Shown in pieces: positions 37,074-48,424 of a DNA stretch of 64,000 nt. The DNA is taken from positions 1-64,000 of the IMG/VR virus record IMGVR_UViG_3300028048_000047; one strand, written 5' to 3'. Source of the stretch: a virus. Lineage: Duplodnaviria; Caudoviricetes. How positions within the stretch are numbered: position 1 is the stretch's first letter; every line of letters begins with the position of its first letter. The notes beneath the pieces are model-generated. The model searched no databases. It was not told the DNA's origin and saw only the letters and a list, made by a program, of their open reading frames with translations. Both the position numbers and the translations under genes were made by a program.

Positions 37074-40000
37074 ATGGTTAAACACAGTTTATGGAAAATG
37101 CTTGATAAATATCCTTACTTTATGGATAAAAGAAGGATAAGTAATTTATATAAAGTTACTAAGGTAAATAATAGTGTATTTCGTGATTTATATAATAGTA
37201 TATTTCACACTTATCAAAGTTTCCATTTAGATAAAAGATTATTAACATGGAAAACACAAGACAAGCCTTATTCTTACCAAATTCATTTTTGTTGTGGTTA
37301 CCCAAATATAAAAACTGTTAAAATATATAAGAATGATATTCTCATTCATCAAGATGATTTCACAGAAGAAGAAGCAACAAAAAGAACAGAGGAAAATCAA
37401 ACATATTGTTGGGAGTATGATTGTAGTTATGTTAAAACAAATATGTTACCTATAAAAGTGTATAGATGTACTAATTGTGACACTATATACTTTGGTGATG
37501 AATTACCTTATGATTGTGTTGGAGATGGATGTAATAGTAATTCATATATAACCACAAATATTTATGAATGTGATGAATGTGGAGAGATTTATTTTGATAA
37601 CCCTGACAGTAATGGAAATGTAAATATTGATTGTAAAAATGAATGTAATTCCACTTTCACAAGACTTTATGCTTATAGATGTATGGGTTATAATGAAAGT
37701 GTTGTGGAAATTGATGAAGAAGAAATTGAAGGAATGGGTTCTAATGGAATACATCATGATTGTGGTGAACTGTATCTTGGTACTGAACCACCAGAAGTAT
37801 GTACTGTTTGTGGAGCAAGTGGTGTAAGTGAAGATACAAGTGTTTATTATAATGATGATACATTAATGATAATTGATAATAGTATGGATTTTCCTTCAAT
37901 TAAAGAAGTTGAAATGGATTCTGATATTGAAATAAATCATATTGATGATAGTGTCTTAGTTAATACTGGTAAAAAATTATTTGTACAAGTTAAAGATACA
38001 GCAGATAATTATTTGGAAGATGTTACTGTTAAATTGTATAGTAATTATGTTGAAAATGCAACAAAAGTTACGGATAGTTCAGGGTTAGTTAAGTTTGATA
38101 TTGACATTACAAAAAAATATAATAAAATAGATGTGTTTAAAAATGGTTTTGTGAACTTTCAAGGTGAACCAAACCCATCATATACTATTAATTTAGATTA
38201 CATTAATGATAATTATATTATTACAATTACTTTAATTAAAGCAAATGTTTATAATAAATTGAATACTTATGAAGATGAAGGAGAGGAATATAGTCTTCGT
38301 GTAACAAATTGGGAGGAAGGAAGAGAAAGTAATGAATCATTTAGAATTCCATTACCAGTTATTCCTGATGATAAATTTTTGTTTTATGTTGAAACTTGGG
38401 ACGAATATTGGATTACAAAAGGTTTCCCTGAGAATGATGAATATTTGAATGATTATTATGACCATGATTATAGTCTTGATGAAATTGGTGCTTTGAATAA
38501 TATTCCTCGTAAAAAATATGTTAATGTTAATGATAATAATTTATATCCTTTAACAGAACCTCCTTATAATAAAGAATTAACCGAAGATGATTATCATTAT
38601 ATGAAACGGATGATTGAATATAATATTCGTTTATGGATAGCATTACTTAAAATAGATAATAGTAATGGGGATTATGATAATTATCTTGATTTGTTAAGTA
38701 AAGTTGGTATAACTGAGGAGGATTATAATTTTTATAAAAATAATACTCGTTCTTTCCGTGAGAAATATAATCCTGTGACATTAGAATTATGGAAAAATTA
38801 TAGTATTCCTTCAAGATTAATTAATCGTGAAAGATATTTACTTAAATTGTTTGATTTAAGGGTACATAATAGTAAATATGTTCCTTATAAAGTGGATAGT
38901 GATGGGAAGCCTATTAAGAAATATCAAAAATGGGAGTTGGATAGTGATGGTAATCCTTTAAATGATAGTGTAGGTACTTATATTTATAAGGATAAATGGG
39001 ATGTTGTAACAGACCTTTCAGAATGTTGGATACCTGAAAAATGGGAACATAAAGACAAATTCTGTGATGGGAGTATGTTATACAAGACATATTTATTTGT
39101 AGAGCCTGAAACATTAAGACCATTACCTTATGAAAATGTATATTGTAAGTTTAAATTACTGAATAGTCTTGCAGAGGAAGTTGAAGAAGATTATTATGTA
39201 GTTTTACAAGTATATTATGATGATAAATCTGAAATTGAGTATGTTGATGGTGAAAAAATAAGTGATGGTTGGTGTAATTTATCCTATAAAATGTTAAGTA
39301 ATTCTAAACCAACAACTGTTGTGTTTAATGCTTATTATAGTTATGAGGATTATTTGGAAAATGGGGTTGAACCGTTTTCAAGTGTGGAGATTGTGTTTAA
39401 TCCTCGTAATTCATGTAATGCTGATTTCTATGTGGATAGTGGAAATACAAGTGGAAAAGAAGATGGTAGTAAAGAATATCCGTTTAAAACATTACAACAA
39501 GCATTAGATAAAGTTAATCCTAATTTTGATTTAATTTGTTTAAAATCTAATTTAACAATTGAAGAACCATTATTTGTACCTAACAAATGTAGAATTTTGG
39601 GTGTTCGTGAAAGAAATTCTGATACGGAGTGTGATTTGGAAAAAGGTGTTGTTAATGTTCCAGTTATAACAAATACTACAAGTAAAAAGTTTTTCAGTTT
39701 AATTGGTAGTAAAAATTGTTCATTAAAATTAATTGATTTAAGATTAAAGTATAAATTGATAAATTCATATATTGGTTTAGGAACATGGGAAAATCATAAT
39801 AAAAACCTTGATGATTATGAATATGTCATTATCAATGGTGGACTTGTTAAAATAAATGTTAGTCTAAATAAAGATGAGTACTATCCTACGGATATTATTA
39901 AAGTAAGAATAACTTTAACTGATAAAAATAATAATCATGTTACAAATCAAAAAGTGAAACTTGTATTGGAAAATGGAGAACCTATAATATTGGAAGATAC

Positions 40001-40679
40001 TGATGGTGATGGTATTTTTGAACATACTTTGAGAATTAATGGTACTGAAAGGAAGATAGTTAATTTAATGACATCATTAATCTCAGATATTTACTTTGAG
40101 TCAAGTGTTTTAACAAAAATTAACTGTACAAAAGAACCTAAAACATATGTATCTGGTGGAGAAGATGTAAATATTAATATAGAAACAGATTCAAGTAATA
40201 CTCCTATAAAAGTATATGTTGATGGGGAGTATGTTGAAGAAATATTCACAGACAATGGAGGTAAAATTAATTATATTTATACTCCTTTGGATTGGGGTAT
40301 ACATATATTATTATTTATTAAAAATGATGATGATGTTATTGAAATGGTTGTTGTTGAAACAAAAACAACAATAACAAAATTAATCGGTACAACATTCATT
40401 AAAAACTTTGATATTAATATTAATGGTGATATAACTTATGATAAATTAACGGTAACAGAAAATATGAAATTAGAAGATTTGGATGAAGTATTAATTAATT
40501 TAAGATTGGACGGTAACATTGTTAAAAGTGAGTTATTTAATGTCAATCCTTCAAGAAAAGACTCAACAGAAATTATTGCATCTGACTGTTTGATTTTGAA
40601 GAATGCAGTAACTAATTTCACTTATGAAAATAATACCAATATTAAATACACTATTTTAGGTGAGTTTTGGAGAGATTAA
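37074..40679 (+). CDS. large baseplate/tail protein with Cys-rich ribbons, DUF1565-like motif and Ig-like domains
   Basis: SLDEIGAL..IPR, DDY.Y..R; several CxxC; FYVD...DGSKEYPFKTLQQALD. Confidence 0.7.
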   Translation: MVKHSLWKMLDKYPYFMDKRRISNLYKVTKVNNSVFRDLYNSIFHTYQSFHLDKRLLTWKTQDKPYSYQIHFCCGYPNIKTVKIYKNDILIHQDDFTEEEATKRTEENQTYCWEYDCSYVKTNMLPIKVYRCTNCDTIYFGDELPYDCVGDGCNSNSYITTNIYECDECGEIYFDNPDSNGNVNIDCKNECNSTFTRLYAYRCMGYNESVVEIDEEEIEGMGSNGIHHDCGELYLGTEPPEVCTVCGASGVSEDTSVYYNDDTLMIIDNSMDFPSIKEVEMDSDIEINHIDDSVLVNTGKKLFVQVKDTADNYLEDVTVKLYSNYVENATKVTDSSGLVKFDIDITKKYNKIDVFKNGFVNFQGEPNPSYTINLDYINDNYIITITLIKANVYNKLNTYEDEGEEYSLRVTNWEEGRESNESFRIPLPVIPDDKFLFYVETWDEYWITKGFPENDEYLNDYYDHDYSLDEIGALNNIPRKKYVNVNDNNLYPLTEPPYNKELTEDDYHYMKRMIEYNIRLWIALLKIDNSNGDYDNYLDLLSKVGITEEDYNFYKNNTRSFREKYNPVTLELWKNYSIPSRLINRERYLLKLFDLRVHNSKYVPYKVDSDGKPIKKYQKWELDSDGNPLNDSVGTYIYKDKWDVVTDLSECWIPEKWEHKDKFCDGSMLYKTYLFVEPETLRPLPYENVYCKFKLLNSLAEEVEEDYYVVLQVYYDDKSEIEYVDGEKISDGWCNLSYKMLSNSKPTTVVFNAYYSYEDYLENGVEPFSSVEIVFNPRNSCNADFYVDSGNTSGKEDGSKEYPFKTLQQALDKVNPNFDLICLKSNLTIEEPLFVPNKCRILGVRERNSDTECDLEKGVVNVPVITNTTSKKFFSLIGSKNCSLKLIDLRLKYKLINSYIGLGTWENHNKNLDDYEYVIINGGLVKINVSLNKDEYYPTDIIKVRITLTDKNNNHVTNQKVKLVLENGEPIILEDTDGDGIFEHTLRINGTERKIVNLMTSLISDIYFESSVLTKINCTKEPKTYVSGGEDVNINIETDSSNTPIKVYVDGEYVEEIFTDNGGKINYIYTPLDWGIHILLFIKNDDDVIEMVVVETKTTITKLIGTTFIKNFDININGDITYDKLTVTENMKLEDLDEVLINLRLDGNIVKSELFNVNPSRKDSTEIIASDCLILKNAVTNFTYENNTNIKYTILGEFWRD

Positions 40680-40713
40680 AAAGAAAATAAAAATAAGTAT
40701 AATGTGATGTTTT

Positions 40714-41049
40714 ATGGTAGATGAAATTGAATATGATGAATGTGGTAATATAAAGAAGAAAGTTAAAGACTGTAAATATTTTCATCAAGACCCATATAGA
40801 ACTCCAAATAATTATGATTTATATTTTGATTATAATAGTATCCCTGCAAATATTGAATATGAAGGAAATGTTAATTTGATTAGAAGATTAAAGAAACATT
40901 TACCTTTATCCAAACTTTTGCATTTGAATATGGAAACAAAGAATGTGAATCATAATGATGAGTTCACCTTATTCACAAAAACAAAAGTTACATTCAAAAG
41001 AAAAAATAGTGATGGAAGTGTTGAAGAAGTGGTGGTGAATTTAAAATGA
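40714..41049 (+). CDS. hypothetical baseplate-associated protein
   Basis: synteny. Confidence 0.55.
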   Translation: MVDEIEYDECGNIKKKVKDCKYFHQDPYRTPNNYDLYFDYNSIPANIEYEGNVNLIRRLKKHLPLSKLLHLNMETKNVNHNDEFTLFTKTKVTFKRKNSDGSVEEVVVNLK

Positions 41050-41786
41050 GTTTTAATATACTTGGAGAATATTGTTTCAAAATTCCAATAACTACAATGT
41101 TCATCAATGATGTTATTGTTGTGAAACATAGAAATTTAATAACAACAATGGGGGAGTCATTTTTCCTTAATCGCTGTTTAAATGATAATTTTAATCCAAT
41201 ACAATATATATGTATTGGTAATGGGATTAATGCTCCATCAAAAAGAGATGAGAAATTAGGAAATGAAACAAAAAGAAATACTTGTACACAAAGTGTTGAT
41301 TCAGATACAACCCAAATAAAATTAACAACAAGTTTCACAGGGGAAGATTTAATTGGAGCATCAGAAATAGGTGTAATGACAACAAAATCAGATGGTACAG
41401 AAGTATTAATTAGTCATGATGTGTTTAATGATACTATTCTAAAAGAAGAGTTTATGTATGGTTTAACTGGTACTATTTCATTGGATTATTATTTCTATTT
41501 TAGCACATCACAATTAAAAACTGGTTGGGTACAATATGGTACAGATAGAAATGTTTATTGGGTTTTTGAACCGAATGAAGTTGTAAGTATATATGATAGT
41601 ACAACATCATATGGGTTGAGGAAAGTTAATAGTGTAACATCAGTTCAAGATATTAAAAACTCATATTATCATGATACAGTACATACAAATAATTTATATA
41701 TTCATTTATATCATGATTCAGAACAGGATAAAGTGATTTATGCACCTAATCCCAATAATCATGAAATTATAGTTCAAAACAAATAA
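41046..41786 (+). CDS. tail fibre attachment/collar-like protein
   Basis: HRNLIT..G, YICIGNG...P...DEKLGNE, ASEIG. Confidence 0.65.
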   Translation: MSFNILGEYCFKIPITTMFINDVIVVKHRNLITTMGESFFLNRCLNDNFNPIQYICIGNGINAPSKRDEKLGNETKRNTCTQSVDSDTTQIKLTTSFTGEDLIGASEIGVMTTKSDGTEVLISHDVFNDTILKEEFMYGLTGTISLDYYFYFSTSQLKTGWVQYGTDRNVYWVFEPNEVVSIYDSTTSYGLRKVNSVTSVQDIKNSYYHDTVHTNNLYIHLYHDSEQDKVIYAPNPNNHEIIVQNK

Positions 41787-41802
41787 TTGGAGGTTTAATA
41801 TA

Positions 41803-44800
41803 ATGGTTGAAAAATGTCCTGCAAAATATAAAAATTTAAATTATATACAATCATTTAGTGAACAAGGATATGCTACAATTCAGTTAATGCAACAAGCATG
41901 TATGAATGATGAATGGTTAAGACAAAGAGTATTAAAATTAAATTATTTAACACCCCCTGCTGTTCGTAAGTGGTTTAAAAATATGAGTGAATGGGTAAAT
42001 CCTAATGTCAGTTATGGTTATACCTATGATAAAAATGGTAAAATTGTATTTAATAACACAATAGCGAAAACTATAACAGTAGATTTTTATGATGATGATG
42101 ATAAAATTGATAAAACAAATACAACTGCAAAAATAGTAGCATATGATACTAAGAATTTTGGAATAATTTCAGATGTAGATGAGGAAGAAACTGATGTAAC
42201 AAATATGGAAACAAATGATGAATTAGAATATAAAGATTATGATAGTGAAGGAGGGTTAATATCATTAGATTCAGGAACGGGGGAAATAATAATTGGTGAA
42301 CCTGAGGAACTTGAAAATAGTGAGATAGTACATAGATGTCAATTACCTTATGAAAACGAAGATAATAAAAAAACTTATTCTACAAAATATACAACAAATA
42401 CAATCAGAGGTCAAAAAGCAAAATATAATTTAACAACAAGAACTATAAAAACAAACCAAAGTTGTAATAGTGCATGGTATATTGGGTATAATAAATCTAA
42501 AAAATATCATATTCGTCCTGATTGGATAAATGATTGGAGAGATAAAGAAATTCCAAGTGTTGCTCGTGGACAAACATTTAAAGCAACAGTAACTGGTTGG
42601 TTAGAATCAATAGATTTGAAATTAAAATATAAAGGAACTCATTCAAGTAATTGTGGAAGTCCGTTATATGTACAATTATGGGAAACCAAAAAGGTGTCAA
42701 GAGCGAAAACTATTTGGAATCATAGTACTATGAAAATGGAGTATGTTTATAAAAAAGCGAAGGATAATAAAGGAGATTATGATATAGATAAAGAGGGGGA
42801 ATATGTAGAAGCACCTAAAAAACATGGGAAATATAGAGGAAGGTATAATATTGTAAATGGTAAATATACATTTGCTCCGAATATTGATGGAAAATATGAC
42901 CTTGTAGGTAGAACTTATAAAAAAGTAGAGAAAGGAAAAGGACATTATAGTAAAGTATATGAAAAAGTAATTATGCCAAAATCAACTTATGATAAAACTA
43001 TAACTACAAAGGGTAAAAAAAAGAAATCAACAAGAGCAACAATTTATAAACCATTAGCACAAGCAGTTTATGACCCTTCAAGAATGAAAGAATTTGATTT
43101 AGTAAATATTAAATTTGATAAAGAATATAGAGTGAAAAAAGGACATTCTTATTTTATTGCATTATTCAGTCCATTATCAGAGTACTCACATTGTCCAATG
43201 TGGGGAGGATGGGGAAGAAATTGTCATAGGGATAAAAAATATGAATATGGAAATGCTTTTTTATCCGAAGATAATGGTAGAACATGGATAAGATATGGGA
43301 GAAATGATGCAAGTGTGAAATATAAGATGGGAAAATATACTCCACAAGATTTTGCATTCCAATGTCATATTAGGACAAAAGATAAAAAAGCAACTATTCC
43401 TGGAACAGAACAAGAAATAAAAAACATTGTCGAAGACCAAATTGATGATGCAAGTGAAAGTAATCCATGTTATTTATATTTAAAACCAATATTGGATAAT
43501 CCAATAAGACAAGTGAGAATAACGGCAGATGATTATGGTGGAAATATTTCCGATATGAGTGAATTTGGTGTTGCAGTTCGTTATGATTTTTCAACAGATA
43601 AAAAACAATGGATAAGAGCAACAAAAGGACAATGGTATGATATTGACCCTAATGAAGATGGAACATATCCTAATTTATTATTTGTTAGAGCGCAATTGTA
43701 TAGAGATGTTACTACAATGGAAGGTGACCATCAGAAGTATTATCTTGACACTCCTCATATTAATAGTATGAGCGTTGATATAATTACACAATTACCAAAA
43801 GAAATGTATGTTCGTACAAATGAATATATTCCTCGTAGTGGAAGTGACATATTAGGAGCAAATATATGGGGTAGATTTTATTCTGATTTTGAATTAGAAC
43901 CCACAGTAGAATGTACTGCTGAAATAATTACTAATGATAAACCAACAGACCATTTTAATATTATTCATGTTGAGAATGTAAAAGAGTATGTGGAAAATAA
44001 AGAGTTAGATGATTCAATAGTTTCTGAATTAAAAGAGGTTATAGAAAAGAATCCTAATAATAAAAATAATGCTTTATGTTCTTATTTGGTTAAACATCAA
44101 AAGGTTATTGAGGAGTTAAAAGAAAAAAATGTTTATATCAAACCTTATGTGATGGGAGATTATGTATATAGAATGTCTTTTAATCCTTATGCTAATGAGG
44201 ATATGAAGATAAGTAAATCTGTTTATGATGATAAAGATTATTATGAAACTTATAAAAAACATAAACTTGGAGGAATACAGTTTAAAAATTATGTTGCTTA
44301 TCCAATTTTGGATTGCGTTTTAACACCTGATGGTAGTACTGCTGACCCTACACCTTATGGAGAATGGTATGATTTTACTTTTGACTATGATAATAATGTG
44401 TTAAGATTTAGAAAAGATGTTCTTGATGAATTACCTGTTGGAGGATTAGATGTAACTTATAATATGGTGTTCTTAGAAGGTTTAACAAAAGAAGAGGTTG
44501 GAGTCCATACAGACCCTGAAACTGGTTTGAAAGAAGAAGGATTGATTTTAGATTATTTTAAACAAACTTTTTATATTGATTCAACTCATGTTGAGTCAAG
44601 GAGAGTTAAACTTCGTGCATCACCAGTAGACCCTATTCGTGAAGTTGTTTTAAATCGTGATACTGAAAATGAACAAGAATTATATGAGGATTTTGATTAT
44701 GAAGTTGATGTTGAGTCAAGTGAGTTGATTTTCAAAGCAAGTAATGCTAATGGTACTTCAAGTATTTTAAGTCAAGGGGATAAATTGGAAGTAGTTTATA

Positions 44801-44907
44801 CTCCTGATTTAGAAGCTAATGGACTTAGTGTGGGGTATTGGGTTAAAAGAACCAATACTGATAAGACAGTTCGTATTGGTGAAAGTTATTGGGAATATAA
44901 AGTATAA
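41803..44907 (+). CDS. large virion structural protein
   Basis: 1034 aa in tail module; GQTFKA...LESIDL, SEDNGRTW; Lys-rich insert. Confidence 0.65.
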   Translation: MVEKCPAKYKNLNYIQSFSEQGYATIQLMQQACMNDEWLRQRVLKLNYLTPPAVRKWFKNMSEWVNPNVSYGYTYDKNGKIVFNNTIAKTITVDFYDDDDKIDKTNTTAKIVAYDTKNFGIISDVDEEETDVTNMETNDELEYKDYDSEGGLISLDSGTGEIIIGEPEELENSEIVHRCQLPYENEDNKKTYSTKYTTNTIRGQKAKYNLTTRTIKTNQSCNSAWYIGYNKSKKYHIRPDWINDWRDKEIPSVARGQTFKATVTGWLESIDLKLKYKGTHSSNCGSPLYVQLWETKKVSRAKTIWNHSTMKMEYVYKKAKDNKGDYDIDKEGEYVEAPKKHGKYRGRYNIVNGKYTFAPNIDGKYDLVGRTYKKVEKGKGHYSKVYEKVIMPKSTYDKTITTKGKKKKSTRATIYKPLAQAVYDPSRMKEFDLVNIKFDKEYRVKKGHSYFIALFSPLSEYSHCPMWGGWGRNCHRDKKYEYGNAFLSEDNGRTWIRYGRNDASVKYKMGKYTPQDFAFQCHIRTKDKKATIPGTEQEIKNIVEDQIDDASESNPCYLYLKPILDNPIRQVRITADDYGGNISDMSEFGVAVRYDFSTDKKQWIRATKGQWYDIDPNEDGTYPNLLFVRAQLYRDVTTMEGDHQKYYLDTPHINSMSVDIITQLPKEMYVRTNEYIPRSGSDILGANIWGRFYSDFELEPTVECTAEIITNDKPTDHFNIIHVENVKEYVENKELDDSIVSELKEVIEKNPNNKNNALCSYLVKHQKVIEELKEKNVYIKPYVMGDYVYRMSFNPYANEDMKISKSVYDDKDYYETYKKHKLGGIQFKNYVAYPILDCVLTPDGSTADPTPYGEWYDFTFDYDNNVLRFRKDVLDELPVGGLDVTYNMVFLEGLTKEEVGVHTDPETGLKEEGLILDYFKQTFYIDSTHVESRRVKLRASPVDPIREVVLNRDTENEQELYEDFDYEVDVESSELIFKASNANGTSSILSQGDKLEVVYTPDLEANGLSVGYWVKRTNTDKTVRIGESYWEYKV

Positions 44908-44929
44908 TATTAATGAATGGTGGTTTTTT

Positions 44930-45991
44930 ATGGTTAATAATGATGATGAATTGGGAATAACAGTACAGAATTCCCCAATTCCTGACCAAGTCGGAGGAGA
45001 AAATAATAGTAACAATCAAAATCAAGAAGATAATGGACAAGACCCTAATACTCGTTTTGTAACAAATGTATTATATGAAAATAATGGTTCTGTTTATGGT
45101 TTTGAAATATTATTGTTTGATACTTCTAATAAAAAAATTAAAAGTATTATGGTTGTTGATGAAACTGATTTTGATAGTTGGACTGAAATGATTTCCATGT
45201 TGAAAGATGCTTATGCTGTTTATACTGAACAAGATGCTTCAAATTTAGAATTAATCAAAGTTGAAAAAGCAAAAATTGGGGAGAAAGGTTATAAATCTAA
45301 TCCTGATGAAGTATATACTGTTGAAGATTATGAAAATTTTATAAAGGAATTAGAATGGTCTTCTTTGAAAGAGTTAGGTTCATTGGAGGATATTTTAAAG
45401 AATTCTTATAATGCAACTATTAATAATTATCCCGTAGAGATTAATGCCACAAAATTTATGGGAATGACATCAGATGAGTTTAGTAAAGCAGGTCATTCAC
45501 ATAATTTCGCAGAAAAATTACATTCTTCCACAGAAAATGAGTATGGTTTAGGAAATGATGTGGTTTATGGTCATGTTAAAGTGATTAATAATCTTAATAC
45601 AAATGAATATCATGCAGGAGAATCTTTGTCCTCTTATCAAGGAGCAGTATTGAATAATAGGGTTAATAAGCTTGAAACTAAGGAAGCATGGTCAAAAGTT
45701 ATTAGTAAAGAAAATGGGGTTCTCAAATATAGGGTACTTGAAGACTTACGATTGATAGTTTGTACATATAATCGGACAGAATATACTGGTTTAAAAGATA
45801 AAACGGGTACACACCCATTACATAAGAAAGGCACTATTGATGAGAAGTATGCTCCTTCATCAAGAGTAACTACTCCTTTGTATAGGGGAGATGTTGTTAT
45901 TTCATTTAATAGGGACGGAAGTATTAATATTCATAATTTAACTAAAATTAATAAGATAAATATTCAGTTCCAAGTATTATGGCATTATTAA
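44930..45991 (+). CDS. tail fibre-like protein
   Basis: H.S....YG.G....YGHVKV fibre repeat, C-terminal beta domain. Confidence 0.6.
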   Translation: MVNNDDELGITVQNSPIPDQVGGENNSNNQNQEDNGQDPNTRFVTNVLYENNGSVYGFEILLFDTSNKKIKSIMVVDETDFDSWTEMISMLKDAYAVYTEQDASNLELIKVEKAKIGEKGYKSNPDEVYTVEDYENFIKELEWSSLKELGSLEDILKNSYNATINNYPVEINATKFMGMTSDEFSKAGHSHNFAEKLHSSTENEYGLGNDVVYGHVKVINNLNTNEYHAGESLSSYQGAVLNNRVNKLETKEAWSKVISKENGVLKYRVLEDLRLIVCTYNRTEYTGLKDKTGTHPLHKKGTIDEKYAPSSRVTTPLYRGDVVISFNRDGSINIHNLTKINKINIQFQVLWHY

Positions 45992-46024
45992 GTTCATATT
46001 ATATTTTTTTTTATGAGGTGGTTA

Positions 46025-46174
46025 ATGTATAAAAAGAAGTTAGTATTGGAAGATGGATTTTGTGATGAGTGTTGTTATGATAATAATCCTCGTCCTGAAT
46101 TGAATTGTAAAAAAGTCAAATGTTGTTACTTAGTAGATGACAATTGTATTCTATATGAGTATTCAACATCATAG
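46025..46174 (+). CDS. 49-aa Cys-rich protein (not in ORF track)
   Basis: GAGGTGG RBS; 7 Cys. Confidence 0.55.
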   Translation: MYKKKLVLEDGFCDECCYDNNPRPELNCKKVKCCYLVDDNCILYEYSTS

Positions 46175-46330
46175 AAGAAAGTGATAAGTTATTAAAGAAT
46201 AAACAGGTTTTAATTTAAAAAAAAGGTATGGATTTTTTTAGTATTGCAAATGATTCTAAAAAATATTTTAGTTGATGCAATTAAAAAGAATTTTTTTGGA
46301 AATATTTGAATTTTTTTAAAAAATAGTGTT

Positions 46331-46492
46331 TGTGAAAAAAAGATATGATATGAAAATAGGCTTTGTGGAGTTTTGAATTGATTTTATTTTTTTTTAGTGA
46401 ATAATGAGAGATATTCACAAAAAAATTAATAAAAAATGATTTTCTTCATTTCCACAAAGGTTTATTCAGATTATGTAATCTTTTTTTTCATG
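46331..46492 (+). other. long imperfect nested inverted repeat
   Basis: 46331-44/46478-92, 46361-69/46451-59, 46397-403/46412-18. Confidence 0.7.
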
Positions 46493-46577
46493 TAAAAAAA
46501 ATAATGGTGGATTTTTTTATAAAAAAATGGAATGGATTTTAGTTTATTATAAGGAAAAATTAAAGGATTGATATTCT

Positions 46578-47426
46578 GTGAATGTTTTAGAATTTGAAGT
46601 TCATAATCAAATTTTAACAAGAATTGACTCCCAAGATGTTATGAACAAAAATAAAAATGTTTATAAATGTCGTTTCACATTTGAAGAGGATAGTGATTGG
46701 ATTGATGCCAATAAATTTGTTATCTTCAAAGATGGTTGGGGTAACTCCTCAACAGTACATCTTGGAAAAGATGGTGATGTTTTAGCGTGTCTTGTTCCGA
46801 AGGAAGTTCTAAGAGGGAGTTATTTCCAAGTATCAATTTATGCAGGTGATTTAATCACCACCAATAATGTGTCTGTTGCATTAATTCAATCAGGATATGT
46901 TGAAAAAAGACATTCATGCCATCCTCATGGACATTATCCTTATGATAAACCTTATCCTCATTTACATCATCCTCATCATCATAGTCATAATCATTGTCAT
47001 GATAAGGAAGATATTTTTGTGGAAATCTTTGATAGATTAGATAATTGTGTTGATAGTATTGTTTATGATAATAATACTTTACATTTATTTAGTAAAGATT
47101 CATTAGTAGAATCAATATATTTACCTTTCATTAATGAAGATGAATTTGAGGATTTAGTAAATGATTTATTTAATCAGTTTATTAGTACTGTTGGAACGGT
47201 TACAGAAGAGTCTAATGGGTTAATGAGTTCTGAGGATAAGGTTAAATTAGATAGTGTTGAAGAAGGTGCGAATAAGACTGTTATTGATACTGTTCTTGAT
47301 TTAGATAGTGGTAATGCTATTAGTAATGGTTGTGTAACAGAAGCATTAAATGGGAAGGAAGATTCTTATGATATTGTTGAACGAATAGATGATTTAATCA
47401 TCAATTTAATTAATGAAGGAGATTAA
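46578..47426 (+). CDS. BppU-like fibre-anchoring protein with His-rich insert
   Basis: CRFTF..DW, CLVPKEVL...FQVSI.AG..ITTN; GLMSSEDKVKLDSVEEGAN. Confidence 0.65.
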   Translation: MNVLEFEVHNQILTRIDSQDVMNKNKNVYKCRFTFEEDSDWIDANKFVIFKDGWGNSSTVHLGKDGDVLACLVPKEVLRGSYFQVSIYAGDLITTNNVSVALIQSGYVEKRHSCHPHGHYPYDKPYPHLHHPHHHSHNHCHDKEDIFVEIFDRLDNCVDSIVYDNNTLHLFSKDSLVESIYLPFINEDEFEDLVNDLFNQFISTVGTVTEESNGLMSSEDKVKLDSVEEGANKTVIDTVLDLDSGNAISNGCVTEALNGKEDSYDIVERIDDLIINLINEGD

Positions 47427-47431
47427 AAAAA

Positions 47432-48424
47432 ATGGCTACATTAGAGCAATTATATGGACATTTAAAGACTTTAAATAAACAATGGTTTTATGAAAAATCA
47501 GAAATAGATGAACTTTTAAGTGATGTAGTAAGAGATACAGACATCAAAGATGTGATTAGAACATCACAAACCTCAGGTTTAGTGAAAAACGATGGTACTA
47601 TTGACACTACTGTTTACGCTACTGATTCTGATTTAGATGATTTATCTAAGGATGTTACAAATAATTATATTGCAAAATCACAAACCTCTGGTTTAGTGAA
47701 AAACGATGGTACTATTGACACTACAACCTATTTAAGTGAACATCAAGATATAAGTGGTAAAGCAAATATTGCAGATTTACATACTGTTGCTACAAGTGGT
47801 TCTTATACTGATTTAGAGAACATACCATCAACTTTTGCACCTACTGCACATGAGCATAATGCAAGTGAAGTTAAAGACTCCAATGCTTATTCCAATTTAA
47901 ACACAACTGCCAATGCAACTCAATCTGCTATCAACTATGCTATTGATTCAAAAATTGGAGCATTGTTAAGTGTTGAATATCAAACTATTGTACCAAGTTT
48001 ACCAACTGCTTCCGCAGACACAATGAACAAGTTTTATCTTGTTGCAGAATCAACATCTAAACCCAATGATGAATATGAAATTTTCATTACTGTAAAAGAT
48101 GGTAATGATTATGATTGGGAGAAAGTAGATACTGCTCGTATTGATTTAACTGGATATTCTGAAATTGACCATGTTCATGGAAATCTTACAAATGATGGTA
48201 AAATAGGAACTAATGCTAATTACTTTGTTTACACTACTACTGGTGGAGCTGTAACAAGTAAAGCAACTATTGGTAATATTACTACTGATGGTACTATTGG
48301 TACTGATAATGGTAAAGTACTTGTTACTGGTACTAATGGAGTTATTACCACAAGTGATACTGTTACCGAAATGGATTCTACTATTCAAGCATTAATTGCT
48401 TATGGTAGTAATTTAAACAGTTAA
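47432..48424 (+). CDS. modular fibre protein
   Basis: GLVKNDGTID x2, EHQDISGK, VATSGSY, LPTAS...KFYLV module. Confidence 0.7.
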   Translation: MATLEQLYGHLKTLNKQWFYEKSEIDELLSDVVRDTDIKDVIRTSQTSGLVKNDGTIDTTVYATDSDLDDLSKDVTNNYIAKSQTSGLVKNDGTIDTTTYLSEHQDISGKANIADLHTVATSGSYTDLENIPSTFAPTAHEHNASEVKDSNAYSNLNTTANATQSAINYAIDSKIGALLSVEYQTIVPSLPTASADTMNKFYLVAESTSKPNDEYEIFITVKDGNDYDWEKVDTARIDLTGYSEIDHVHGNLTNDGKIGTNANYFVYTTTGGAVTSKATIGNITTDGTIGTDNGKVLVTGTNGVITTSDTVTEMDSTIQALIAYGSNLNS

